The notes under the pieces are model-generated. The model saw only the letters and a list, made by a program, of their open reading frames with translations. It ran no database searches and was not told where the DNA came from. The position numbers were made by a program, and so were the translations under genes. From a virus: a DNA stretch of 64,000 nt. The number at the start of each line of letters is the position of its first letter. The first letter of the stretch is position 1. The stretch lies in IMG/VR virus record IMGVR_UViG_3300017991_000010, positions 1 through 64,000 of that record; one strand, given 5' to 3'. This document shows, one piece after another, positions 22,408 through 32,745 of the stretch.

Positions 22408-22437
22408 TTGACACGCGCACGTAAGACCTGGTACTAC
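22408..22437 (+). promoter_or_regulatory. Probable promoter of the morphogenesis operon
   Basis: TTGACA-18 nt-TACTAC with a TG extension. Confidence 0.45.
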
Positions 22438-22486
22438 TAGAGAGCAGTCTCGTGTACCCGGCCGCCTGCCTGCCAGGAGTCTGTGC

Positions 22487-23017
22487 ATGAGACTAGCGGC
22501 GGTCCCCTCGTACCATACCCAGCGATATCAGGGCACAACCAATACCGTCCGTCACATGGACCAGCTGGCGCGAGGGCCCAGGGGCGAGCGCTCCATGAAG
22601 CTGCGCATGACCGTCGAGGACATCGTCTCCGGCGTCGAGCCACGTGATCGCGTCAGCCAGCTCGCGGCCATCTACGCTTGGTTCAACGATCACTTCCACT
22701 ACATCAACGACCCCGTCGAGGTCGAGCTGGTCAAGGACCCTGAGCGCCTGCTCGAGGAGATCGAGCGCCGCAACGTGGCCATGGGCGACTGCGACGACGC
22801 AGCCACCTTTCTGTTCGCCGCGCCGCGCACCATTGGCATCCCTACCGAGTTCCTTCGGGTTGGCTTCAAGGCCAACGCGCCGATGGGGGGGCGCCTGACG
22901 CACGTGCTCGTGTGCGCCACCGACCAGTACGGCCGGCGCGTTCTCCTGGACCCAGTGGCGGGCAAGCGCGTGCCCAACATGGTTGAGCGCGTCAAACACG
23001 CCGTGAGGGGGTACTGA
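22487..23017 (+). CDS. Transglutaminase-like (papain-fold) Cys-His-Asp enzyme; candidate virion maturation protease
   Basis: HYINDP..VE, GDCDD (catalytic Cys), THV (His), LDP (Asp). Confidence 0.8.
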   Translation: MRLAAVPSYHTQRYQGTTNTVRHMDQLARGPRGERSMKLRMTVEDIVSGVEPRDRVSQLAAIYAWFNDHFHYINDPVEVELVKDPERLLEEIERRNVAMGDCDDAATFLFAAPRTIGIPTEFLRVGFKANAPMGGRLTHVLVCATDQYGRRVLLDPVAGKRVPNMVERVKHAVRGY

Positions 23018-23928
23018 TGCCCACGCTGCTCCGCACCACTGCTGCGCCCGTCGTCCCCGTCCACAAGCCCGAGAAGGCCGAGGCGCCGCCGGACGTGCGC
23101 CAAGTCCGCAGGCCCAAGGTCACCTCGCGCTTTTCAGTCGCGCCAGTAGTCGCGCCAATCCACAAACTGAAGTCCTCCGCGGCGTTGGCTCCGGTCGCGC
23201 CAGTAACCGCGCCAGTTCAGCGAGCGCCGGCCAAGTCGCCCGACCCGCTGCCGCCGGCGATCACGACGAGGACGGCGCTCATGCGAGCGGCACGCGCCGC
23301 GCGCCCCGCTGCCGCGCCCGACCCGCTCCCGCCTGCGATCAGCGTCCAGGCGCCAGCGCGCAAGATCTTTGCCAGAGAGGAACGAGAGATGGTCCCATTC
23401 ATCAGCCAGACCCCGCCGCGCGAGCAGATGGCCCGTGAGGAGCAGTACGCCACCGAGCGCATGCAGAAGGTCCCGGCCACCCCATTCGTCAGCAAGAAGC
23501 AAGCGGCGGCGGCCAAAGCCGAGCGCGAAACGATGCTCGAGAAGCCGCCGGAGGTCTCCCCGGGCGAGAAGGTCCCGATCGTCGAGGTCGAGAAGGCCGA
23601 CCCGGTCCCCGCTGATGTCACGCCGATCAAACAGCCCGTGTACGTCCCGGCGGCGACGATGACCCCCCGCGAGGTGGCGATGGACGCGGCCCGACAGGCT
23701 GCGGCGCGCGGCGAGGGCCTGTTGCAGCAGCCCGAGGCTCCCGTGCAGCGTCGCGGATTCCAGCTCATGCACCTCTTGCCCTTTGCCCTGGGTGGCCTGG
23801 GCGGCTACCTCGGGCATCGTTACGCCAAGAAGCGAAAAGTGGCGGGCGCGGCCGTAGGGGCCGTTGCCGGTCTTGCGCTCCCAACGATCGTGCTGTACCT
23901 GCTGATGACCATCGGCCACCGGCAGTAG
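23017..23928 (+). CDS. Pro/Ala-rich protein with two C-terminal TM helices
   Basis: PDPLPPAI twice and APV repeats; LLPFALGGLGGYLG-KKRK-VAGAAVGAVAGLALPTIVLYLL. Confidence 0.7.
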   Translation: MPTLLRTTAAPVVPVHKPEKAEAPPDVRQVRRPKVTSRFSVAPVVAPIHKLKSSAALAPVAPVTAPVQRAPAKSPDPLPPAITTRTALMRAARAARPAAAPDPLPPAISVQAPARKIFAREEREMVPFISQTPPREQMAREEQYATERMQKVPATPFVSKKQAAAAKAERETMLEKPPEVSPGEKVPIVEVEKADPVPADVTPIKQPVYVPAATMTPREVAMDAARQAAARGEGLLQQPEAPVQRRGFQLMHLLPFALGGLGGYLGHRYAKKRKVAGAAVGAVAGLALPTIVLYLLMTIGHRQ

Positions 23929-23943
23929 GAAAGGAACAGAGTC

Positions 23944-24171
23944 ATGAAGAAGCAGTTTGAGCTGGGCATCTTCCAGCCCCACCGCAAGAACGGCCCCAAG
24001 TGCGCCATCTGCTACGAGCCCCTCCAGGGCGGCGAAGAGGCAGAGGGCCCGCCCGAGGAGCCCGCCCCCGTCGTGCAGCAGGCTGGCTTCGGCCTGCCGA
24101 GCTGGTCGGTTTGGATCGCCCTGGGCATCGCCGGCTACTTCGGCCTGAAGCACTTCAAGGTGATCAAGTAG
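23944..24171 (+). CDS. Small C-terminally anchored membrane protein
   Basis: CAIC motif; GFGLPSW-TM-KHFKVIK. Confidence 0.7.
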   Translation: MKKQFELGIFQPHRKNGPKCAICYEPLQGGEEAEGPPEEPAPVVQQAGFGLPSWSVWIALGIAGYFGLKHFKVIK

Positions 24172-24172
24172 C

Positions 24173-24400
24173 GTGGCCACTCTCGACCAGATCGCCTCGA
24201 CCCTCGAGCGCATAGACGCACGCCTGGACCGGCTCGACGCGCGCCTCCTGGTGATGGAGTCCAACATCACCATGATCCGTGAGGCGTACGTCAAGTGGGG
24301 CCAGCGCATCGCGTCGCTCGAGGTCGAGGCAGAGAAGAGAGCGGACAGGCTCACGCCCGTCCCCGAGCCGGAGGTGCTAGATGTTCGCGCGATTCGCTAA
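24173..24400 (+). CDS. Short coiled-coil protein
   Basis: LERIDARLDRLDARL heptads. Confidence 0.6.
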   Translation: MATLDQIASTLERIDARLDRLDARLLVMESNITMIREAYVKWGQRIASLEVEAEKRADRLTPVPEPEVLDVRAIR

Positions 24401-26489
24401 CCGCAACGCGCCCTGGAAGCGCTGCTCGCTGTGCGGGCCCTCCTCGGGCATGGGGCTGATCCCGCCGCTCACGAGCACGTCCGACCTGACGCGCATGATC
24501 CGCGACCGGATCGCCATCTACCGCAGCGCCGAGGGCGCCGAGTGGTCGGCGGCGCACGCGTCCTTGCGCGAGGCGGTCCTCGCCGGACGCTCCCGCGTCG
24601 AGGAGGGGCAGCCCCCCGTCGTGCCCGACCAGGAGTGGGCCGCACTCAACGCAGCCCTGCGTGAGGCCTACGCGGCCGGGCGCGAGCAGATGGGCCAGAA
24701 GGGTGAGGCGCCGGGCGTGCAAGCCTACGTCCCGCCCATCCCGGAGCCGCCCGGAGGGGCTGCCGAGGGGGGGAGCGTGACCGGCAGCTCGAGGGCCTGG
24801 ATGCTGGGCGGCGGCCTTGCGCTTGGTGCGCTCGCGCTCGTGTTCCTTGCGACGAGAGGAAAGTGACATGCGACGAGGATGGCAGAAATACCCGCGCCGG
24901 CACGTGTTCAGTACGCCGGGACTGAGCGACCTCCCGGCTGCGCTGGCGACTCTGCAGCAGCAGATGAACGGGCGGGCGCACACCGTGACGACGCGCCTTG
25001 CGGCACTGCGCGCAGGCTCGGGCACAGAGGCCTCGGTCGTGCAGGCGCTCCAGAGCCTCGCGTCCGTGCTAGGTCAGGCCCAGACGGCCGCAGACGGGCC
25101 GGCTCCCGCGGGCGCGACTCCGGCCGAGTGGCAGGGCTTCAAGGACACGCTCCGACGCAAGCGCTACACGTACACGTCGGCCTCGGCCGAGCTGGGACGC
25201 ATCTCGGCAGGGCGCCAGGCGGCTGCGGGCGTGACCCCAGCACAGGCGACCGTGACCTCGCCGACCACGGGCAAGCAGGCGACCGTCACGACTCGGACCT
25301 CTGCCGGCGCCGCGATCCCGCCCGAGATCCAGCAGGCAGCTGCCGAGCACCAGACCGCGGGCGTGTTCGCTGGACTCCAGGGCTTGCCCTCGTGGGCGTT
25401 GCCCGTGGGCGCGGGCCTCGCTGTTGCGGCCGTGGCGTACTTCGCGACGAAGAAGAGGTAGCAAATGGCCACCGCTGCGTCATGCAAGACGAACATTCAG
25501 GCTGGGATTCTATGGCTCGAGGCAAAGCGCAACGAGTTCATGGAACAGGTGAGCGACTTTGCGCGTCGCACTGGCCGCGTGCTCTCCTACGCGACGATCT
25601 TCCAGTCCCAGAGCTTGGCAGCCGGCCTGGTGGACTACTACACGCGGCTTGAGGCAGCCCGCACCCGACTCTACAACGATGCACAGGCATGCGTGCCTCT
25701 GGCTGGGTCGGACCCAGATGTGGCTGGACTCGTGCGCAGCGCCGTCACGGCAATCCGCGAGGCCGAGACCATCATGGAGGCGTACCGGGGCTCGGCGCTC
25801 TACCAGGGGCGCGCGGATCGCGTGTCAGAGGTAGCTCAGTACGCCATTGAGCGCCCGCAGGAAGTGGCAGCAGCCACAACGGCACGCATCGAGCGCGCCC
25901 GGGTGTACCTTGACGCAGCTGGGAGCGTGTACGGGGGCGTGCAGGACATTGTGCGCGGCGAACAGCCGGAGCCGTCAGGCTGGGACCTGCCAACAAGCGC
26001 GCGCATGGCTCTCATGATCGCAGCCGGCGGCGGCCTCGGGCTCGGTGCGATCTACGTGATGAAGCGATTCGGGCTCCTCGGGGCCTAGAGAGGAATACGG
26101 CAATGATACCGAGATGGGCAAGTGCTCACATCCTGTCCAGGCCAACCGAGGAGCTGATCTACACGATGACGCAGGGCGCGTTGGAGATCAACGCTGGGTT
26201 CGATGGCCCGGTCACTTACACAGCTGGGGGCCGATCGGCGGCTGTACCGAAGGTGGAGCTGGAACGCGCTCGCTACCGAGCACTACGGTCACGAGGAGTC
26301 GACGTGGACGCGGCGCTACGCAGCGGGCTGAGGGCGTCGGGCAGTTTTCAGCAAGGGCCGGTTGACCCAGCGATCCTGCGCCAAGCGGGCATTGTCGCAG
26401 GTCCACTGGGCATCCCGACCCGCTACTACCTGTACGGTGGGCTGGGTCTGGCGGGCCTGGCGCTGTTGCACATGATAACGAGGAGATAG
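24381..26489 (+). CDS. Four consecutive C-terminally anchored membrane proteins (24381-24866, 24868-25461, 25465-26088, 26103-26489)
   Basis: Each ends in a Gly-rich TM helix plus basic tail: ...VFLATRGK, GLPSW...YFATKKR, ...IYVMKRFGLLGA, ...LHMITRR. Confidence 0.75.
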
Positions 26490-26491
26490 GT

Positions 26492-28553
26492 ATGCCAGGG
26501 ATCACGGACGTACTCAGCCAGGGACCGATCGCGTTCCTGCAGACCTACCGCGGGCCATGCACCGACACTGCCCAATGCTGTGCGTTGGTACGCGCCGCCT
26601 CGGAGGGCGGGCTGCAGCAGATCCTGTCGGGCGAGGCGTCTCCCTCGTTGCCTCCGATCTTCTCTTGCCACACGGCTGCCCGAGAGGCGTTGACAGAGCG
26701 GCAGACCAACAGGAGCATCCGCAACGCCATGATGATCGGGGGGGTTGCTGGCGCGGTTGTTGGCGAGCGTTTGGGCGGCGGGTGGATGCTCGCGATCTGT
26801 GGGATCGCCGGATCACTCGTCGGGCGGGCTCTGGCGTGGCCTAGGGGCTGATGATGAACTACGCAGAGCTGATTTGGCGCGCGGCTGGACTCGGTGTGGG
26901 GGCCCTTGCCGGTTGGCTGGTTGCTGGTAGAACGGGCGCTCTAGTGGTAGGCGGCGCGGGGGCGCTCTTTACCCCAGAGTTGATTGCTTACGGAGCACGC
27001 GCGAGTCGTGCGGCTCGCACGATCGCACGATAGAGAGGAATACGATGCCACAGTACGTAAACGGGAAACTCTACAACATGCACGGCGAGGGCTCGGTCCC
27101 GATCGGCCCGGCCATCCCCTGGCGCGGGGGCGTCTTCGGACAGCCGCCGCTCCCCCAGCCGCGCGCGGGCATCTTCACCGCCCACTGGCCCCTGCCCTGG
27201 CAGGCCCAGACCGACAACACGATCGGTCCGCGGCACAACCTCCTGCCCGATCGCTACATGCGCTCGAGCGGCTGGCCCGTCTACGGCTTGGGCGACAACC
27301 AGAACGTCGAGTACGGCGCGGGGCGGGGCATGATCTCGCGTCTCGTCGCAGGTGGCGTGGCGCCCCTGCGCACGGCCATGTCTGTCGAGGGAGCGACCTC
27401 GATGGCCGCAGCCAACCCGGCGATCCTCGGTGCGCTCATCGGCGCGATCGGCGCGGGCAAGGGCAAGCGCCTCAAGGGCGGTCTGCTCGGCGCGTTGCTG
27501 GGCATCGGCGGCAAGATGACCGCGCAGGCGGTCTCGGGCCCCACAGCCATGGGCGCGCAGGCGGGCGGCGCTGCCACGGGCGGCCTCGCTGCGGCGCTGT
27601 TCCTGCGGAGGTAGTCATGCCCAAGATCACGGCAGGCTCGAACCTGTACAACGCGGACCCGCCGCGCCAGCCCGGCCCAGGCGGCCGTAGCTACCCGGCG
27701 TACGGGCGTGAGTGCCCCCCGGCGGCCCTGCGTCCCATCTCGAGCGGCTACAACACGATGATGTCCACCGGCTACCCCACGCGCTCGGCGTGCCTGAAGT
27801 GCGGCCCTCCTACGGTCGCGCCATACTGGTCGGGCGGGGGGATGGCAGGCATGGGCGTGGGCACGACGATCGCTGCGTTGCTCTTCACGGGCATCGGAGG
27901 CGTGATCGCGGCCTACATGGCCCCAGACGGCCGCCGGCTCGTCGGCGCGCTTGCGGGTGGCATCCTCGGGTGGGGCACCTCCTATGCCGTCAACGAGATG
28001 ACGGGCAGCGTGGGTGCAGCGGCCGTGTCCCAGGTTCCGGCAGGCATCCTGGCGGGCATGCTCGCGAGAAAGCTATGAACCGCGCCCTCTACAACCCAGC
28101 CCTGAGCGATGGCTTCCGCATCGGAGGAGGCTTCGGCGCAGGCATGATCGCTTTCCTCGTCATCGGAGGCGTGGTAGTCTTGTGGCTACTGGACCACGCG
28201 ATCGGCGATCAGTCGGTCGAGGCGAGATGGAGGAGGACCCACAGATGATCCTCTCAGCACGACGACCCGACGGCACGTACGTCTACTACCAGGCCGCCAA
28301 GCACCCTGGCCGCGCCAAGGGCCCCAGGCCCGGCGCTATCGGCCTCGGTGTCGAGCAGGCCGTGCCCACCTGCCCCTGGGGCGCGAAGCGTGTCGGCAGC
28401 GGCAGGCGCGCTCGTGGCGTGGTTTGTCGGCAAGGCGGCCTCGCGGGCCTGGGCGATCTCGCAGGCATGAGCGGCCCCATCGCGGGCATCCTTCTCACAG
28501 CGGCCCTGTTCGGTGCGGTCTGGCTGGCCGGGCCGATCCTGTCGGGGCGCTGA
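26492..28553 (+). CDS. Six small Gly-rich membrane proteins (26492-26851, 26851-27033, 27045-27614, 27617-28078, 28075-28248, 28245-28553)
   Basis: Glycine-zipper hydrophobic helices; tightly coupled starts and stops. Confidence 0.7.
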
Positions 28554-29041
28554 TGACCCTCGCCGCCGTCAAGAACCGCTGGTCGACCTTCCATCAGAAG
28601 GAGCCGCGCGAGCTGATCGAGATCGACGCGCCCTGGCCCAAGGCCTGGGGCTACGTTGGCGAGGCCGTGCGCGTCTACTACCTCAGCGACAAGTGGAACG
28701 AGGACGGCGACTTCATCCCGTACTACCACGACCACGACGGCGGGGTCGAGCTGTGGGAGCCCTGGGGCGCGCAGGACGGCATGACCGACAAGTGCAAGAG
28801 CCCCGCGCGCGGCATCCCCTGCAAGCAGGCAGCGGTCCTGGGCTACTGCCTGGGCTGGTGGCTGCTCGACGAGGACGACCCCAAGAAGGTCGACGCGGTC
28901 GAGTTCGATGAGGACGAGGCGCTCCTGTGCTCGACGGCATCGGGCAAGGCGCTCTTCGTGGTGAGCTTGAGCGATGGCAAGGTCATAGCGGCGTTTACTG
29001 GTGGCAACCTGTCCGTCGAGTCGGCGGGCATCGACGGCTAG
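28553..29041 (+). CDS. Hypothetical protein, probably virion-associated
   Basis: TFH..EP...GEAVRVYYLSDKW...YYHDH...GG.L.V...GI; located in the morphogenesis operon. Confidence 0.6.
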   Translation: MTLAAVKNRWSTFHQKEPRELIEIDAPWPKAWGYVGEAVRVYYLSDKWNEDGDFIPYYHDHDGGVELWEPWGAQDGMTDKCKSPARGIPCKQAAVLGYCLGWWLLDEDDPKKVDAVEFDEDEALLCSTASGKALFVVSLSDGKVIAAFTGGNLSVESAGIDG

Positions 29042-29051
29042 AGGTGATGAA

Positions 29052-29870
29052 ATGGCGTTCATGATCCCGGTGTATAGCAAGGCGGACTTCGTAGAGGTTG
29101 ATGGCAGCTACGGCGACACGTTCCTGGTTCCGTTCGAGTACTACGACGAGGATTCTGGCGAGATCGTGGAGGAGTACTCGGGCAAGTGGTTCTGTCAGCT
29201 GAGTGCCCCCGGCTACATGGACCAGACCGACTGGATGGGGCCCTTCGACACACTCAAGGAGGCGAAAGCCGAGCTGAGCGACGTCTACGAGGTCGACCCG
29301 GAGACGGGCGAGCAGTTGGAGTACTAGACGATGGCACGGCGATCCGACTATCAGTGGTCCCGCAACTCCTCGGTGGAGGCGCGCGAGCTGGCGATCTTCA
29401 TCGACAACGACGGGCAGCTCTACCGGCAGATGGTGGTGCCCATTCAGAAGAACCTCGTGACCAAGATGGCACGCGGGACGTACGACAGCGAGAAGGCCCA
29501 CAAGGCGTTCTACAACCTCGCCGTCGAGGGCGCCAAGCGCTACACCAATACGCACGGCGGACGAGGGGCCGTGTGGCACGAGATGTTCTCCGTAGCCGAC
29601 CGCAAGGCCGCAGCCGCCGAGCTGCTCGCGGGCTTCGAGGAGGAGGCCGAGCTGGGCAACTACGACGACCTCCTGCCGAAGAAGTACCGGCGAAATGCGG
29701 GCGGATCGGATATGGTCCCCCACCCCAACGTCAACTGGTGGGATCGTGAGGATCTGGAGCGCTACTTGGTGTGGCGTGGGTTTGCGGTGTACGCCAGAGA
29801 GACCGACGACGAGCTGCGGAACGCTGTGCGAGAGGATCTGCCCCAGGCTGAAGCTGACGGCTGGATCTAG
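29052..29870 (+). CDS. Two hypothetical proteins resembling phage early-gene families (29052-29327 acidic; 29331-29870)
   Basis: WFCQLSAPGYMDQTDWMGPFDT; ARELAIFIDNDGQLYRQ...GTYDSEKA; family resemblance from memory only. Confidence 0.6.
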
Positions 29871-30106
29871 CCCTCGATCGACCGCCCCTTCAGAGCAGCC
29901 CCCTTCACCTTCTTCGTCCGCGAGTAGCGTATCAGCGCGAGCAGGTCCTTGCGCATGATGCGTGTCGTCCCTCCCACGCGCACGCAAGGCAGCACGCGCT
30001 TCTGCAGCCAGCGCTTGACCGTCGAGACGTCCACGCGCATGTACTGGGCGACCTCGCCGATCGTGAGCAGGTGGTGCGGCGGGAGGCGGGTTTGCAGGGG
30101 GCGCAT
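29867..30106 (-). CDS. Excisionase-like HTH_17 DNA-binding protein
   Basis: LLTIGEVAQYMRVDVSTVKRWLQKRVLPCVRVGGTTRI. Confidence 0.85.
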   Translation of the reverse strand: MRPLQTRLPPHHLLTIGEVAQYMRVDVSTVKRWLQKRVLPCVRVGGTTRIMRKDLLALIRYSRTKKVKGAALKGRSIEG

Positions 30107-30114
30107 ATGGTAGC

Positions 30115-30242
30115 ATCATACTAGATCGTAGAGCGTCGGTCAACGCGCGAAGATCATTGCACCCGACCAAGAAGACCACCTTCCTTCTGGGCGCGCACGC
30201 CCGCGAGACGTATTGACTCCCTCCCTCCAGCGCGCGTACTCT
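30115..30242. promoter_or_regulatory. Back-to-back divergent promoters
   Basis: Minus strand: TTGACC(30143-30138)-17 nt-TATGAT(30120-30115). Plus strand: TTGACT(30213)-18 nt-TACTCT(30237). Confidence 0.65.
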
Positions 30243-30300
30243 TGATCGCGTACCCACCGATGCGCCGCCCGGCCTCATCGGCCAACGAAAGGGCGGCTCT

Positions 30301-31917
30301 ATGGCTCGAGTGACCTACCGCAGCAGGCGCCGGACGGCCAAACCCAACCCGGGCTTCCTGACCCTGGTCAATCCGGGCAAACCCCCCCGCAAGCGGAAAC
30401 GAGCCAAGCCCAAGAAGCGAACCACGGGGGCCAGCCGGCGCCCGAGAGCAAACAGCACTGGAGGAACAATGCTGAGAAGGAAAAAGCGGCGCGCAGCCCC
30501 GAAGCGTCGGCGCAAGGTCGCCAAGCGCAACCCGATGTCGGCTGCCAAGCGCAAGGCCGCAGCCAAAAAGGCTGCCCGGACCCGCGCTGCCAACAAGCGG
30601 AAGCGGTCCCTCGCGGCCAAGAAGGCCGCCCGGACGCGCAAGCGCAAGTCGCGCAAGCGTGCAGCCCCGAAGCGCTCGTACCGGCGCAATGCTTCCAAAA
30701 AGCGGAAGCTGACCGCGGCGCAGAAAAAGCGGCGCGCAGCTGCCCTCAAGGGCATCCGGCTCAAGAAGGGCCGCAAGGGCAAAAAGCGCAAGGTCACCAA
30801 GGGCGTCAGCCCCCGGCCCAACCGCAGGCGGCGCGTGACCCGTCGGCGTAGGAGCTACATGCGCAACAGGCCCGTCCGTAGGCGGCGCATCAGGCGCAGG
30901 GCCAAGCGGAACGTCGGGCTGGAGATGCTCAAGAGCGTGGGCGCTGGCTTCGCCGGCTTCCTGGCGGGTCGACTGACCGCCAACATGCTTGCTCGGGCGA
31001 CCTTCCTGCCCGCAGCTGTGCAGCCCTACGTGCCCCTCGTCGGAACCGTCGGCGCTGTGGCGCTGGCCTACTACCTCCCGAAGAAGGTCAAGGCCCTCAG
31101 GGTCAAGCCGGCCACGCACACCGCTCTGGTGCTCGGCACCGGCATCGCGGCTGCGGACGTGCTCTTCTCGTCCCTGGCCCCCGCCAGCGTGCGTCAGTAC
31201 GTCGGCGCTCCCCCGCCTGTGGCCATCCCCGGCCTCTCGGGCGACCTGAGCGTCTACGAGGCCTCGCTGCGCGGCTTCGGCACCCCGCCCGCCTTCCTCG
31301 ACGAGAGCGGCGACTGGGGCATGCAGCCCATGTTGCCCGGCCGGAGCTACCCCGTGGGCAAGTCCATGGCCGAGTACGTGCAAGAGCCCCTGGGCGCCAC
31401 CGTACACGAGGCGATGGCCGAGTACATCCAGGAGCCCGGCATGGGCGAGTACGTCGTGGACGAGGATGGCGCAGTCCTCTCCGGCCATGACGAGCTGGAC
31501 GCAGGCGTCGTGAGCGACGGCCTGTTCGGCGACGACGTGGACATCATGGCTCTCGATGGGGACGAACTCCCTTTTGAGGGTAGCGCAGCTGCCGGCGCCG
31601 CCGCGGCTGCAGCGCGTCGCATGGCTCAGATCGGCGCAGCCAACGGCCGCCCCGAGGCTGAGGTCCACCGTGCCGGCTACGGCGCAGCGTGCCAGGCCAT
31701 TGGCGCGGGTCAGCTCTCGAGCGCCCTGCGTGCGATGGTCGAGGCGGAGATCCAGAAGGCCATGGGCCGCGTGCAGGCGTTCACGCCCGTGCAGGACCCG
31801 GCCGCTGGCGCCCCGATGGCCGTCGGCCCGATCCGCGCCCCCCAGCCCGCCAAGTGGACCTACGGGTCCGTGAGCGAGGGCGGAGGCGTCTTCGGGAAGT
31901 CGAGCATCGGCGGCTAG
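30301..31917 (+). CDS. Extremely basic, membrane-linked putative core/DNA-condensing protein precursor
   Basis: N-terminal ~200 aa dominated by R/K (AAKKAARTR twice), then three hydrophobic helices, an acidic region with MAEY(V/I)QEP repeats, and C-terminal GGVFG. Confidence 0.7.
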   Translation: MARVTYRSRRRTAKPNPGFLTLVNPGKPPRKRKRAKPKKRTTGASRRPRANSTGGTMLRRKKRRAAPKRRRKVAKRNPMSAAKRKAAAKKAARTRAANKRKRSLAAKKAARTRKRKSRKRAAPKRSYRRNASKKRKLTAAQKKRRAAALKGIRLKKGRKGKKRKVTKGVSPRPNRRRRVTRRRRSYMRNRPVRRRRIRRRAKRNVGLEMLKSVGAGFAGFLAGRLTANMLARATFLPAAVQPYVPLVGTVGAVALAYYLPKKVKALRVKPATHTALVLGTGIAAADVLFSSLAPASVRQYVGAPPPVAIPGLSGDLSVYEASLRGFGTPPAFLDESGDWGMQPMLPGRSYPVGKSMAEYVQEPLGATVHEAMAEYIQEPGMGEYVVDEDGAVLSGHDELDAGVVSDGLFGDDVDIMALDGDELPFEGSAAAGAAAAAARRMAQIGAANGRPEAEVHRAGYGAACQAIGAGQLSSALRAMVEAEIQKAMGRVQAFTPVQDPAAGAPMAVGPIRAPQPAKWTYGSVSEGGGVFGKSSIGG

Positions 31918-31992
31918 CAACTGAAACGACCGGCGCCTCTCCTCGCCATGGAGGCTAAAGAAACGGCGTCGGCAAGCATAGAGGAGGCAGTA

Positions 31993-32604
31993 ATGCCTAA
32001 GATTCGCGGAGCAAGAGAGAAGCGCCACCAGCCGTTCTGGGATAGCCTGATTCGCGGCACGGCGGGCAGCTACACGTTCGCATCCGGCGCAAACGCGCTG
32101 GGCGCGACCAACAACCTGTTCCAGACCCAGTCGGGCGGGAACCTGGCGATCACCAACATGGAAGGCAGCGGCGTCTTCCCGTCGGATCAGACCTACCGAA
32201 TCCTCGCGATGCGCGTGGGACTGCACTTCCGCGGGATCACCGGCGGCGGCCTGACCGATCACATCATGTACCACCGAGCCGCCTGCCAGCTCTTCTGGGA
32301 GCTGTTCGTCGCCCAGAAGTCGGCGTTCCAGGCGTACACGCCCTACCTGCCCCTCGGCGGCGGGCTCTTCGGTGACGTCGGCAACGACACGACCGTGTAC
32401 TTCAACAACGGAAACCCGGGCATGGACGCGACCATGGTTCTCGCCCGCAGCATCGCCCTCCCGGCGAGGCAGAACTTCCGCGTCGTGAACACGATCGTGG
32501 CCTGCGGCGCCGCCAACTTCCTCACCGACATCGGCAGCGTGACCGGCGGGGAAATCTGGATCTGGTACACGGTGGACGGCTTGCACGTCCGCGACATCCT
32601 GTAG
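31993..32604 (+). CDS. Putative major capsid protein (single jelly-roll candidate)
   Basis: 203 aa, beta-strand pattern, strong GAGGAGG RBS, very high codon bias, directly after the basic protein; fold is inferred. Confidence 0.5.
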   Translation: MPKIRGAREKRHQPFWDSLIRGTAGSYTFASGANALGATNNLFQTQSGGNLAITNMEGSGVFPSDQTYRILAMRVGLHFRGITGGGLTDHIMYHRAACQLFWELFVAQKSAFQAYTPYLPLGGGLFGDVGNDTTVYFNNGNPGMDATMVLARSIALPARQNFRVVNTIVACGAANFLTDIGSVTGGEIWIWYTVDGLHVRDIL

Positions 32605-32740
32605 CAGCTGCTCCCACGCGGGAGTTTCGACTGCAGGATAGTTCGAGTTTCATACCCCCCACCGTCTGGCGTGACGCTGGGCGGTGGGGGAGTGCCCCTG
32701 CCAGGGGGCTACCCACTGCCCCGGGCAGTTAGGAGAAAGC
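32605..32740 (+). promoter_or_regulatory. Multi-hairpin intergenic element after the putative capsid gene
   Basis: CTCCC/GGGAG, CCCCACCG/CGGTGGGG, GCCCC/GGGGC and ACTGCC/GGCAGT stems. Confidence 0.5.
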
Positions 32741-32745
32741 AAAAG

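Noticed and set aside
30154-32586. 810-aa minus-strand ORF and other long antisense ORFs (13789-15294, 20618-21604, 23134-24354, 28995-30278, 39219-40667, 60214-61377)
   Set aside because: These are shadow frames of high-GC genes on the opposite strand, with no motifs or RBS.
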